In this document: positions 29,189 to 38,518 of the stretch, in pieces
Position numbering within the stretch: the stretch's first letter is position 1
Layout of the letters: each line of letters opens with the position of its first letter
Source of the DNA: Candidatus Brocadiia bacterium
GTDB taxonomy: Bacteria > Planctomycetota > Brocadiia > SM23-32
NCBI GenBank assembly: GCA_046538485.1
Contig: JBKHIT010000018.1
Location: 17,166 to 81,165, forward strand
Direction: 5' to 3'
Length of the DNA: 64,000 nt
Made by a program: the position numbers and the translations under genes
The notes under the pieces: model-generated
Database searches by the model: none
What the model saw: only the letters and a program-made list of their open reading frames with translations
What the model was told of the DNA's origin: nothing

Positions 29189-29262
29189 TGTATCTTGGCA
29201 TTCCTTATAGAATTGGACATTTTTGAATCGAGGGGGACGCGTTCGTTTTTCAGGTCTGGGGT

Positions 29263-30354
29263 ATGCTTTATCATGGACAAAGGGTATGCGCGGTAGTATT
29301 CGCTCTCTCGCTGGTCCTTGGCGCCGTTGTAAGCATTTTTGGTGCCGATGACAAACGAGATGCCCTGTGGTATTCTTACAAAACAGGGTCAGTCGAACGT
29401 CAAAAACTGCTGGCGCAGGCCCAAAGAAGACTGAAAAGTGTTCGGCACAAAGCCGAACAAAACAAGGCCACCGAATGGCCGACCGATGAGAATTTCCGGT
29501 GGCTTACCGAACATCGTACGCCAGGCCGTCTCGTCGTCGAAAAAGCCCTCAAAAGCCACCCCCGGGGCGCTTCGTTGAAGGTTCTCGTCCTGCTCACCCG
29601 CCATCTTGAAGGCCGCCGACTGACCCGCCATCTCCCCGATCTGGCATTTCGAAGCCGCTCGATGGAAACCCGCCGGCTCTTGTTCGAAACGATGGCATCC
29701 GTTGGGGACGAAAAATGCCGGGAAACTCTCCGAAAATTCCTCGGAGCCAGCGACCACTCTGCGGACGAGCAGTTGCTATGTTCGGCTGCCGAAGGTCTGG
29801 CCGCAACAAAAGATAAAAAATACATCCCTCTCCTGAAAAAAGCCTACGGACTGGTCCACTCAGAACCTGCTAGACTTCGAATCGCCGTCGCGCTTTACAA
29901 ATGCGGAGAGCGAGATGCTGGCAAACAATTGCTCGAGCATCTAAGAAAGACAAAAGATCCTGAGGTGTTAGCCGATGCCCTGGGTCTGCTGGCCATCCGG
30001 CCAGTACCCAATGCGATTCCGGTGATGGAAAAGTTCGCTGTCGAATCCCCCGATCCCGCAATCGCAACACTGGCCTTTGAAGCTCTCAAATCACATACGG
30101 GCTTCCAGCAAAAACGACCCGCTCAACAACCAACCGATAAAAAAGAGCCAGAAAAATTCGTGGCAAAAGATGATCTACGCCCCGATGAAAAGACGTCCCG
30201 CTCAAAAAAACACTTCGGCGATCTATCCAAAAAAGCAAGACAAAAACGAGTCCAGCGTATCGTGCAATGGGCACGCGCCCATCCCGATGCAATCGTTGAT
30301 AAACCCTCAGAGGAAGACCCGAGAAAAGATAACGAGGTGGGCTCATCGCACTGA
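29263..30354 (+). CDS. Exported HEAT-repeat-like protein
   Basis: Signal peptide; repeated helical units (AAEGLAAT, RIAVALYKCG, ADALGLL, LAFEALK). Confidence 0.6.
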   Translation: MLYHGQRVCAVVFALSLVLGAVVSIFGADDKRDALWYSYKTGSVERQKLLAQAQRRLKSVRHKAEQNKATEWPTDENFRWLTEHRTPGRLVVEKALKSHPRGASLKVLVLLTRHLEGRRLTRHLPDLAFRSRSMETRRLLFETMASVGDEKCRETLRKFLGASDHSADEQLLCSAAEGLAATKDKKYIPLLKKAYGLVHSEPARLRIAVALYKCGERDAGKQLLEHLRKTKDPEVLADALGLLAIRPVPNAIPVMEKFAVESPDPAIATLAFEALKSHTGFQQKRPAQQPTDKKEPEKFVAKDDLRPDEKTSRSKKHFGDLSKKARQKRVQRIVQWARAHPDAIVDKPSEEDPRKDNEVGSSH

Positions 30355-30425
30355 AAAACGAATTCGAATCACCAAACGCAAAATCAATGCTTCGTTCCGT
30401 AAATCCTAAGAATAGGGGTACAGTT

Positions 30426-31934
30426 ATGAAACGCGCTTTCGCAAAAAGAGATGGGCAGGTTATCATACTGTTCGCTTTCACAGTCATCCTTCTGGCCATG
30501 CTCTGCGTGCTCACAATTGACGTGGGCTTTCTTTTTACCTCCCAGGCGGAATTGCAAAACGCCATTGATTCAGCGGCTCTCGCCGGCGCTTCCCAGCTCC
30601 ATACCCGTTTCACCGACCCAAACTGGCGGGATAACGTCAAAAACGAGGCCATGGCGCTGGCCGAAGCCAACCTCGTCGCCGGAGAACGCCTCACCCTCAC
30701 CGACAGCGATTTTCAGTTCGGACACTACAATGACACTACCGGCGATTTCGTGCCCGAACCAACCGCCTCCACCATCGATAGCGTGCGGGTCAGAGGACGT
30801 CGGACCGATGGCTCCCCGGATGGACCCGTCAGAACGTTCTTCGGCCCGATCTTCGGTTTCGACTCGGTCTCGTTCTCGGGATCGGTCGCCGTCGGCACTA
30901 AACCCCGCCGGTTCGTCATGTTCGTGCTCGACCGCTCCGGGTCCATGTGTTTTGACAGCAAACACGTGCATGAAAGAAGTAAACCTCTCTACGATCCTGC
31001 CCGTGACGAATACTACGCGCAGAACAGCCCCAGCGGCTGGTACGCCGTCCCCCAGTACGTTTACTACGCGGGCAACTGGCGCACCGGCTGGCTCTACGGC
31101 CGCGATATGAACACCAATGCGATTCTTACCTCTTCTGGCGGGGGACTCGACTGGCTTCCCACGGGTGTGCAGGATACGATTTCCTCGGACAGGTATTTCT
31201 ACTTCCGGTCGCCGGAAGGTTCCAACAACCCCGCCTGGATGCACGTCCCCTCCAACGTGCGGATCTGTTCCTACTACGACAGCGATGAGTGGTACCATTA
31301 CGACTACAACAACACCCCCGAGCAATGCGATTACGCCTTCGCCGACGCCTCCGTTCAACCCATCCAGAACACCATGGACGCCGCCTGCTCGTTTATCGAT
31401 CTGCTGGACGCCGCGGACGACCGTGCGGGGCTGGTCACTTATTCCAGCGGCGCCACACTCGATTCCCAGCTCACGGGGGACTGGCCGGGGCTGAAAACCA
31501 GGATTCAGCGTTTCACCCCGTGCGGCTCCACCGCCGAGCCGGCCGGGATGGCATCGGCGGTTGGAGAACTGACCTCCAGCCGAGCCCAGGAATACGGTCA
31601 GAGAATCATGATCCTGCTCACAGACGGAGTTGCCAACGTCTCCAGCGGTCATTACTATAACGAAGGCAACGGCAGGATGGATCCGATGGACGCCAGCGTC
31701 AGCACGCCCATCGATGAAAGTGTTTACGACGATATGGGCTACTGGGCCGATCAGGCGAAACAAAACGGTATCCGCATTTACTGCGTGACGTTCGGTTCGA
31801 GCACGGATCAGGAAGTGCACGAGCAGATCGCCGGCCATACCGGAGGAGCCTACTACTACTCCGCAGATGCCGGGAACCTGACAGATATATTTGAGGATAT
31901 CTTCCGCCGACTGCCACCCATACTGACGCACTGA
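30426..31934 (+). CDS. TadG-like pilin/adhesin with vWA domain, copy 1
   Basis: KRDG/QVIILF prepilin site, IDVG...LQNAIDSAALAGA Tad motif, MIDAS DRSGS...T...ILLTDG. Confidence 0.85.
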   Translation: MKRAFAKRDGQVIILFAFTVILLAMLCVLTIDVGFLFTSQAELQNAIDSAALAGASQLHTRFTDPNWRDNVKNEAMALAEANLVAGERLTLTDSDFQFGHYNDTTGDFVPEPTASTIDSVRVRGRRTDGSPDGPVRTFFGPIFGFDSVSFSGSVAVGTKPRRFVMFVLDRSGSMCFDSKHVHERSKPLYDPARDEYYAQNSPSGWYAVPQYVYYAGNWRTGWLYGRDMNTNAILTSSGGGLDWLPTGVQDTISSDRYFYFRSPEGSNNPAWMHVPSNVRICSYYDSDEWYHYDYNNTPEQCDYAFADASVQPIQNTMDAACSFIDLLDAADDRAGLVTYSSGATLDSQLTGDWPGLKTRIQRFTPCGSTAEPAGMASAVGELTSSRAQEYGQRIMILLTDGVANVSSGHYYNEGNGRMDPMDASVSTPIDESVYDDMGYWADQAKQNGIRIYCVTFGSSTDQEVHEQIAGHTGGAYYYSADAGNLTDIFEDIFRRLPPILTH

Positions 31935-31936
31935 TG
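30444..31936 (+). repeat. 1493-bp near-identical direct repeat, copy 1
   Basis: Matches 36097-37589 (offset 5653); only difference found is T30476/A36129. Alternative-frame ORF translations otherwise match. Confidence 0.92.
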
Positions 31937-32188
31937 AGAGCTGACGCCGGGTACTGGTGGCCCAAGACAATCGGCCTTGTTGGGTTGGAAGTTCTCGGTC
32001 AAATCCAGCTCGACACGTAGGGCCTGGGGCCACCCGGGTGGGTTGCTGCGAAACCACACTTTTATGTGTTCTCCGGTTCCCTTTCCGGCAGAACGGAATG
32101 GATTTGTTGTTCAAACTGCGAAAACAAAATTCTCAAAATAATTGAGCGCTTCGCCAAAAATGAAGACATTACTGGAGGGAAAAACGAA

Positions 32189-32959
32189 ATGCGTGCGTTT
32201 CTGTTAATCTTCATCCTGGCCATAGCAGTCACCGCTATCGCGGCTTACTTTATGGTCGGGGATGAACTGGGGCTGACAACCGCCAACAACGAAGTGAAGG
32301 CGGACAAGACGGTTGCAACAGCGCCCGAAGAGCCGGATTCGGAGGCCCAGAAAAAAGAGCCCGAAGCCGAACCCCACAGGAAACCAGAGGAAGCGAAACC
32401 TCAGGCCTCGAAAACAGAAGTTGAAAAAGACGCCGATGTCTCTGAAACAAAAACTGAACCACAACCCGAGCCAGAACCTAAAAAACAACCTGTAAAGCAT
32501 GAAGAACCCGAGAATACCGCACCTGAAAAAAGCACCGAAGAGAAACAAGACCGGGAAAACAAAACCAGGACGCAAAAGCAGCATTATATACAGCTGCCCA
32601 GACAGCTTCGTGGGTTGCGTTTCGGAATGTCAGCGAACCAGGTACGCGAAAAACGGAAACCCGCCTGGCATAAAAAAGAAAAAGATACTCTTATGCTGGT
32701 CTACTATTTTGACGAATCTAAGAAGGTCGAAGCCCGCTTCCATTTCAAAAAGGATAAGGGCTTAAACAAAACGGAAATCAGATTTAAGAGTAAAGACAAG
32801 GATAAGCTGGCAGAACTCTATAGCAAATACCGTCAGCGTTACGAAGACCGGTACGGCCATTTGCCCGAAAGTTCGACCACCTGGTGGGCCGATAGCTACA
32901 TTCATGCCAGCATCGACAAGGGGAGAGATCACGTCGCGCTCATTTTTCGTGATCGTTAA
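32189..32959 (+). CDS. Membrane-anchored hypothetical protein with E/K/P linker (paralog of 37659-38240)
   Basis: N-terminal membrane helix; C-terminal domain YIQLPRQLRGLRFGMS...WWADSYIHASI shared with the paralog; GGAGG RBS. Confidence 0.75.
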   Translation: MRAFLLIFILAIAVTAIAAYFMVGDELGLTTANNEVKADKTVATAPEEPDSEAQKKEPEAEPHRKPEEAKPQASKTEVEKDADVSETKTEPQPEPEPKKQPVKHEEPENTAPEKSTEEKQDRENKTRTQKQHYIQLPRQLRGLRFGMSANQVREKRKPAWHKKEKDTLMLVYYFDESKKVEARFHFKKDKGLNKTEIRFKSKDKDKLAELYSKYRQRYEDRYGHLPESSTTWWADSYIHASIDKGRDHVALIFRDR

Positions 32960-33306
32960 AATGATACATCTTGACTGTGTGTTGTTTCATATTGACACAT
33001 GTGTGGTACGGCCGGGTTTTCCACACCCTCGGGCGGAATATAATAATCTGACATGTTGAACTTTATAGCGTGGGAAAAATCGATTGAGAATCCTGTTTTC
33101 CCCCCTCGGTGAAATGCACGCAAAGCGCCGCTGAGAGCATAAAACCGCTTGCTCGAAACCTGGAAGGGGACTCCCAGAGACAGCATCCGCGGATTAACAG
33201 GCGTAAGATTGGCAGGATATTTGCAGTAGTGTTTAATTGGAATGAATTGTCTTTTAATACAAAATATCAGAAAACATAGAAACCTAAACCCTTGGAGGTA
33301 CACACA

Positions 33307-34329
33307 GTGATTGTGGGAAAAGGCACGAGACGGAACGGACAGGTGGTCGTAATGGCGGCGTTCGCGCTGATTCTCCTCGCTTTAATTGCGGCACTCACCA
33401 TTGATATTGGCTATATGTTCTGTCAAAAAGCGCGCCTGCAAAATGCAGGCGATGCGGCGGCCAATGCGGCAGCATTCCGCTATATCAACGCCCGGCTTAA
33501 TGGCGAAGAAATGGACGAGGCCCGCAGCGAGGCCGAGCAGGAAGGCACAGTCTTCGCCAGCATGAACTCCGCAGGAACGAGCTGTGAAGTTCAATTTGGA
33601 GAATATGTCGATGGCAACTTTGTGGAACTCGGTGAGAGCGATGAAGCATCGGCAATCCGGATGGGACTCGCCAGAGACGAAGATGCCCCCGGCGGACCGG
33701 TCAGTCTCTTTTTCGGATCGCTCATGGGCTATAATTCCGTCGATTTGGCGGGCGATGCTGTCGTCGAGATGTCAGCGAACATCACGGGAGTGCTCAACGG
33801 AAGTGACCTTCGCCCTTTCGCCGTTTATGAAGGCGATGTACAGGGCTGGACGCCGGGGAGCCCGATAACAATTAATCTACCGGATGCCAGCACAATGAGT
33901 CCTGTGGCGCCCGGAAACTGGGGCTGGTTGAATCTGGATGGGGGAAGCCTCGGTACCAAAGAGCTGAAAGATTGGATCGATAACGGATACGATGGGGATA
34001 TAAGCCTCGACGAAACGGGCGCCGACGGTCGGCTTTGCACCTGGATCGGGGGCTCTTGCGGTGTCAGAAAAGCCCTGCAAAAACATTTCGAGAATATCGT
34101 GGACGACAACTTGATCCTCTGCATTTATGATAAGGTTACCGGCAACGGTGCCAATGCCCAGTTCCGGATTGTCGGTTTCATTTCGATGACATATACCTCT
34201 GTGGATATGCACGGAAAGACAGGAAGCATCGAAGGCGAGCTGAACGCAATCCAGAGCCTGCCCTACTGCGAAATTGGTGACGGAGCCTCACCCGAATCGA
34301 ATGTTGTCACTGTCCGCCTCGTTCAATAG
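33307..34329 (+). CDS. TadG-like pilus protein
   Basis: RRNG/QVVVM site, IDIG...LQNAGDAAA, GPVSLFF, APGNWGWLNLDG; GGAGG RBS. Confidence 0.8.
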   Translation: MIVGKGTRRNGQVVVMAAFALILLALIAALTIDIGYMFCQKARLQNAGDAAANAAAFRYINARLNGEEMDEARSEAEQEGTVFASMNSAGTSCEVQFGEYVDGNFVELGESDEASAIRMGLARDEDAPGGPVSLFFGSLMGYNSVDLAGDAVVEMSANITGVLNGSDLRPFAVYEGDVQGWTPGSPITINLPDASTMSPVAPGNWGWLNLDGGSLGTKELKDWIDNGYDGDISLDETGADGRLCTWIGGSCGVRKALQKHFENIVDDNLILCIYDKVTGNGANAQFRIVGFISMTYTSVDMHGKTGSIEGELNAIQSLPYCEIGDGASPESNVVTVRLVQ

Positions 34330-34387
34330 AACGCCCAAAAAGGTGTGCTGTTTGACAAACCAATTTTGTTGATTGTGACGCAACGAC

Positions 34388-34415
34388 GAGATTGCTTCGC
34401 TCCGCTCGCAATAAC
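34388..34415. repeat. REP-like element (GAGATTGCTTCGCTCCGCTCGCAAT)
   Basis: Palindromic ATTGC...GCAAT unit of a widespread intergenic repeat type (recognised from memory); related CGTGGCAATC at ~34511. Confidence 0.55.
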
Positions 34416-34610
34416 AGAGAATGCTATGGAAACGCCATTGCGAACCACCGGCTCGCCGAAACCGGCGTTATGGAACCCTGGCGAAGGAGGGGAGCCCGCT
34501 GCTTGGGCACCGTGGCAATCTTGCGATTCTCCCCATAAAAACAACTGTCATGAATCAATATGGGCAGCAAAGCCCGAAACGCCCCACACCGCAAATCCCT
34601 CAAAAAATAG

Positions 34611-34638
34611 TTGCATTACTCCCTGGAGCAGGTATAAT
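34611..34638 (+). promoter_or_regulatory. Putative sigma70 promoter
   Basis: TTGCAT-N16-TATAAT upstream of the third TadG-like gene. Confidence 0.5.
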
Positions 34639-34692
34639 TAAAGCGTTAAGAGGTTATCGAGTCAGGTGCCTGTAATGTGGAGGTGTGGAGTT

Positions 34693-35760
34693 ATGTTCCG
34701 GCGAACTATAAAAAAACGTGACGGGCAAATATTGGTTTGTGGAGCTTTGACGGTGCTCGCACTGGCGGCTATTGCAGCCTTAACTATCGATGTCGGCTAT
34801 ATGTTCAAAACGCAGGCAGATATGCAAAACGGGGCGGATGCGGCCGCTGTGGCGGCTGGCGGGGCTCTGGTGCAGGGACGCTCAGCTGGCGACAGTGAAG
34901 CTACATGCCAGGCTGCGGCTCAAGCCGAAGCCCAAAATCTCGCCGCATACAACTGCCCGGGCGCACGAGCGGAAGTGAAGTTCGGAACCTATCAGGATGG
35001 CAGTTTTGAACCTCTTACTGACTCTGACGGCGATGGTTACGATGACGACACCGGGGATATGGCCAGCGCCATTGGAGTAAAACTTTTCCGCGACGAAACC
35101 TCTTCAGGTGGCCCCCTGGCCCTCTTTTTTGCCTCGCTTGCCGGCCATGATTCAGTGAACATGAAAACAGCGGGATTGGTCGATATCCGTTACAACATCT
35201 ACGCCATCGGTAACGACCTCCGCCCTTTCGCCGTCCCCTCTGCCGCCGTTTCTGGTCTCTCCCCCGGGGATAGCTTCACAATTAACCTGATGGAAGAAAC
35301 GGAAATCGACGAAGACGGCGATGGAGAAACCGATTATACGCTGGCGCCCGGAAACTTCGGATGGCTGAATATGGACGGCGGCTCACTCGGGACACCCGAA
35401 CTGGTCGAATGGATCGAGAATGGATATCCGGAACTGTTTACCATCGACCCGGACGTCGGCCATATCTGGATCGACGGGCTCACCGGTCTCCGCTCCTCCC
35501 TTAACAAACCTATCCAGGACGTTGTAGGAAAAAAGCTTTTCATGTGCGTGTTCGATACGATCGACGGAGGCGGAGCCACGGCCGATTTCCGAATTGTCCG
35601 GTTCGCAGGTGTAACAATAGACAAAGCCATCCTCAACGGGAAAAAATCCCGTATTGAGTGCACGTTCAACCGTCTTTCCTATGTCCCGGTCTGCATTACG
35701 GACGGCGATGGTGCGGAAGATCCGTCCGAGAACCTGTGCAAAATTACGCTTGTGCAGTAA
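34693..35760 (+). CDS. TadG-like pilus protein (paralog of 33307-34329)
   Basis: KRDG/QILV site, IDVG...MQNGADAAA, DLRPFAV, APGNFGWLNMDGGSLGT. Confidence 0.8.
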   Translation: MFRRTIKKRDGQILVCGALTVLALAAIAALTIDVGYMFKTQADMQNGADAAAVAAGGALVQGRSAGDSEATCQAAAQAEAQNLAAYNCPGARAEVKFGTYQDGSFEPLTDSDGDGYDDDTGDMASAIGVKLFRDETSSGGPLALFFASLAGHDSVNMKTAGLVDIRYNIYAIGNDLRPFAVPSAAVSGLSPGDSFTINLMEETEIDEDGDGETDYTLAPGNFGWLNMDGGSLGTPELVEWIENGYPELFTIDPDVGHIWIDGLTGLRSSLNKPIQDVVGKKLFMCVFDTIDGGGATADFRIVRFAGVTIDKAILNGKKSRIECTFNRLSYVPVCITDGDGAEDPSENLCKITLVQ

Positions 35761-36078
35761 ATAACGCGCAGACGGCAATCAGTTGATCAGCCCTCAGGGC
35801 AAGCGCCATTTGTATCGACATGCAGCCGACAGCCCATCTCTCCAACCCATTGCCACACCAGTTTGTGTAATTAAAGCCCTGGCTCGTCCTTAATAAAGGA
35901 GCACGAGCCGGTTGCAAAAACGGTGGCACTTTCAGCTCCCTCGGGTATACTTAAAGTAGTGAGTTTAAAGACGTTTTTACAGAACACCCGGAAAGGTAAC
36001 AAACAACAAACCAGGAGAAATACAGGTGCATTAAACTTTATTTCACACGCGTGCCGTATGAGAAAAGGGGTGAAAACC

Positions 36079-37587
36079 ATGAAGAACGCCCTCAAGAAAA
36101 GAGATGGGCAGGTTATCATACTGTTCGCATTCACAGTCATCCTTCTGGCCATGCTCTGCGTGCTCACAATTGACGTGGGCTTTCTTTTTACCTCCCAGGC
36201 GGAATTGCAAAACGCCATTGATTCAGCGGCTCTCGCCGGCGCTTCCCAGCTCCATACCCGTTTCACCGACCCAAACTGGCGGGATAACGTCAAAAACGAG
36301 GCCATGGCGCTGGCCGAAGCCAACCTCGTCGCCGGAGAACGCCTCACCCTCACCGACAGCGATTTTCAGTTCGGACACTACAATGACACTACCGGCGATT
36401 TCGTGCCCGAACCAACCGCCTCCACCATCGATAGCGTGCGGGTCAGAGGACGTCGGACCGATGGCTCCCCGGATGGACCCGTCAGAACGTTCTTCGGCCC
36501 GATCTTCGGTTTCGACTCGGTCTCGTTCTCGGGATCGGTCGCCGTCGGCACTAAACCCCGCCGGTTCGTCATGTTCGTGCTCGACCGCTCCGGGTCCATG
36601 TGTTTTGACAGCAAACACGTGCATGAAAGAAGTAAACCTCTCTACGATCCTGCCCGTGACGAATACTACGCGCAGAACAGCCCCAGCGGCTGGTACGCCG
36701 TCCCCCAGTACGTTTACTACGCGGGCAACTGGCGCACCGGCTGGCTCTACGGCCGCGATATGAACACCAATGCGATTCTTACCTCTTCTGGCGGGGGACT
36801 CGACTGGCTTCCCACGGGTGTGCAGGATACGATTTCCTCGGACAGGTATTTCTACTTCCGGTCGCCGGAAGGTTCCAACAACCCCGCCTGGATGCACGTC
36901 CCCTCCAACGTGCGGATCTGTTCCTACTACGACAGCGATGAGTGGTACCATTACGACTACAACAACACCCCCGAGCAATGCGATTACGCCTTCGCCGACG
37001 CCTCCGTTCAACCCATCCAGAACACCATGGACGCCGCCTGCTCGTTTATCGATCTGCTGGACGCCGCGGACGACCGTGCGGGGCTGGTCACTTATTCCAG
37101 CGGCGCCACACTCGATTCCCAGCTCACGGGGGACTGGCCGGGGCTGAAAACCAGGATTCAGCGTTTCACCCCGTGCGGCTCCACCGCCGAGCCGGCCGGG
37201 ATGGCATCGGCGGTTGGAGAACTGACCTCCAGCCGAGCCCAGGAATACGGTCAGAGAATCATGATCCTGCTCACAGACGGAGTTGCCAACGTCTCCAGCG
37301 GTCATTACTATAACGAAGGCAACGGCAGGATGGATCCGATGGACGCCAGCGTCAGCACGCCCATCGATGAAAGTGTTTACGACGATATGGGCTACTGGGC
37401 CGATCAGGCGAAACAAAACGGTATCCGCATTTACTGCGTGACGTTCGGTTCGAGCACGGATCAGGAAGTGCACGAGCAGATCGCCGGCCATACCGGAGGA
37501 GCCTACTACTACTCCGCAGATGCCGGGAACCTGACAGATATATTTGAGGATATCTTCCGCCGACTGCCACCCATACTGACGCACTGA
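36079..37587 (+). CDS. TadG-like pilin/adhesin with vWA domain, copy 2
   Basis: Protein identical to copy 1 from KRDGQ to the stop; leader differs (MKNALK vs MKRAFA). Confidence 0.85.
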   Translation: MKNALKKRDGQVIILFAFTVILLAMLCVLTIDVGFLFTSQAELQNAIDSAALAGASQLHTRFTDPNWRDNVKNEAMALAEANLVAGERLTLTDSDFQFGHYNDTTGDFVPEPTASTIDSVRVRGRRTDGSPDGPVRTFFGPIFGFDSVSFSGSVAVGTKPRRFVMFVLDRSGSMCFDSKHVHERSKPLYDPARDEYYAQNSPSGWYAVPQYVYYAGNWRTGWLYGRDMNTNAILTSSGGGLDWLPTGVQDTISSDRYFYFRSPEGSNNPAWMHVPSNVRICSYYDSDEWYHYDYNNTPEQCDYAFADASVQPIQNTMDAACSFIDLLDAADDRAGLVTYSSGATLDSQLTGDWPGLKTRIQRFTPCGSTAEPAGMASAVGELTSSRAQEYGQRIMILLTDGVANVSSGHYYNEGNGRMDPMDASVSTPIDESVYDDMGYWADQAKQNGIRIYCVTFGSSTDQEVHEQIAGHTGGAYYYSADAGNLTDIFEDIFRRLPPILTH

Positions 37588-37589
37588 TG
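36097..37589 (+). repeat. 1493-bp near-identical direct repeat, copy 2
   Basis: See 30444-31936. Confidence 0.92.
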
Positions 37590-37658
37590 GACTTAATCGG
37601 GCGTCTGACGATCGTTCTGCGCCCGTGTCGCAAGCTTCCGAAAAACGGGAGGGTTTCA

Positions 37659-38240
37659 ATGCGTCCGATTGCTATTATCTTTACCCTGGCCCTCGCCGTC
37701 ACTGCTATCGTCGGCTATTTCCTGATCGCGGACGAATCCCCTAACACAGCGTCAAATACTCCTGCCACAGGCGAAACGGCAAATGTGCTCGGCAAATCCG
37801 AGCGGGAAAAGGGCAAACAGGATCAGCAAAGGAACAATCGCGAAACATTTGATAAAACGCGCCGTTATATCCAGTTACCCAGGCACATCCGGGGATTGCG
37901 TTTCGGGATGTCGGCAACCGAAGTGGCCAAAAAATGGAAACCGGCCTGGCACAAGAAGTCAAGAGGCACTGTTACCGCTGTGCACTACTTCGATGAATCC
38001 AAAAATGTCGAGGCACGTTTTGAGTTCAAGAAAGAGAAAGGACTACAGAAAATAGAACTCCGGTTCAAATCCGACGATAAGAACCAGTTGGCAGAACTCT
38101 ACACTACTTATCGGCAGCGTTACGAAAAGCGTTACGGCGATTTACCTCACAGTTCAGCGACCTGGTGGGCCGACAGCTACATCCATGCCAGTATCCATAA
38201 GGGCAGAAATTACGTCTCGCTCACTTTCCGAAACCGGTAG
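37659..38240 (+). CDS. Membrane-anchored hypothetical protein (paralog of 32189-32959, shorter linker)
   Basis: Same N-terminal helix and C-terminal domain; GGGAGG RBS. Confidence 0.75.
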   Translation: MRPIAIIFTLALAVTAIVGYFLIADESPNTASNTPATGETANVLGKSEREKGKQDQQRNNRETFDKTRRYIQLPRHIRGLRFGMSATEVAKKWKPAWHKKSRGTVTAVHYFDESKNVEARFEFKKEKGLQKIELRFKSDDKNQLAELYTTYRQRYEKRYGDLPHSSATWWADSYIHASIHKGRNYVSLTFRNR

Positions 38241-38518
38241 AAATAGGCGCTCGATGGCATTTGGGGAACGGCAGCAATCTCCACCCAATTGATGCTCGTC
38301 AAAGGCTGAAAACATCCTCGGTGTAAATTTCTCCATCAGAAGGTCTGTAGAAACTGGCGCGCACATTCCGGAATCTTCCAGCGTTCGGTCCGGGCTAATT
38401 ACCTTTCCCAGTTGAGAGGCCGTTGCACGCGCGTTATTCTGTATAAGTTCCATAATGCCCGCGGAAAAACCGCCTTCTGGACAGATTTTTCCCGTTTTCA
38501 CATTTTCGAGGTGACACA

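Noticed and set aside
28971..29210. Small ORFs similar to 61647-62345 and 61685-61891
   Set aside because: The similarity appears on both strands and follows from the DNA repeat; stops and frames are not conserved.
31931..32054. Hammerhead-like words CTGATGAG...CGAAAC
   Set aside because: CTGATGA overlaps the gene stop, stem II does not pair beyond one base pair, and no stem III with a cleavage triplet is evident.
30570..32114. 514-aa antisense ORF (also 36223-37659, 51604-52593, 40579-41460, 15501-16409)
   Set aside because: Shadow frames of well-supported genes on the opposite strand, with no motifs of their own.
30444..37589. Diversity-generating retroelement template/variable repeat pair
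   Set aside because: The repeat is gene-length with one synonymous difference, shows no adenine-specific variation, and no RT gene is nearby.
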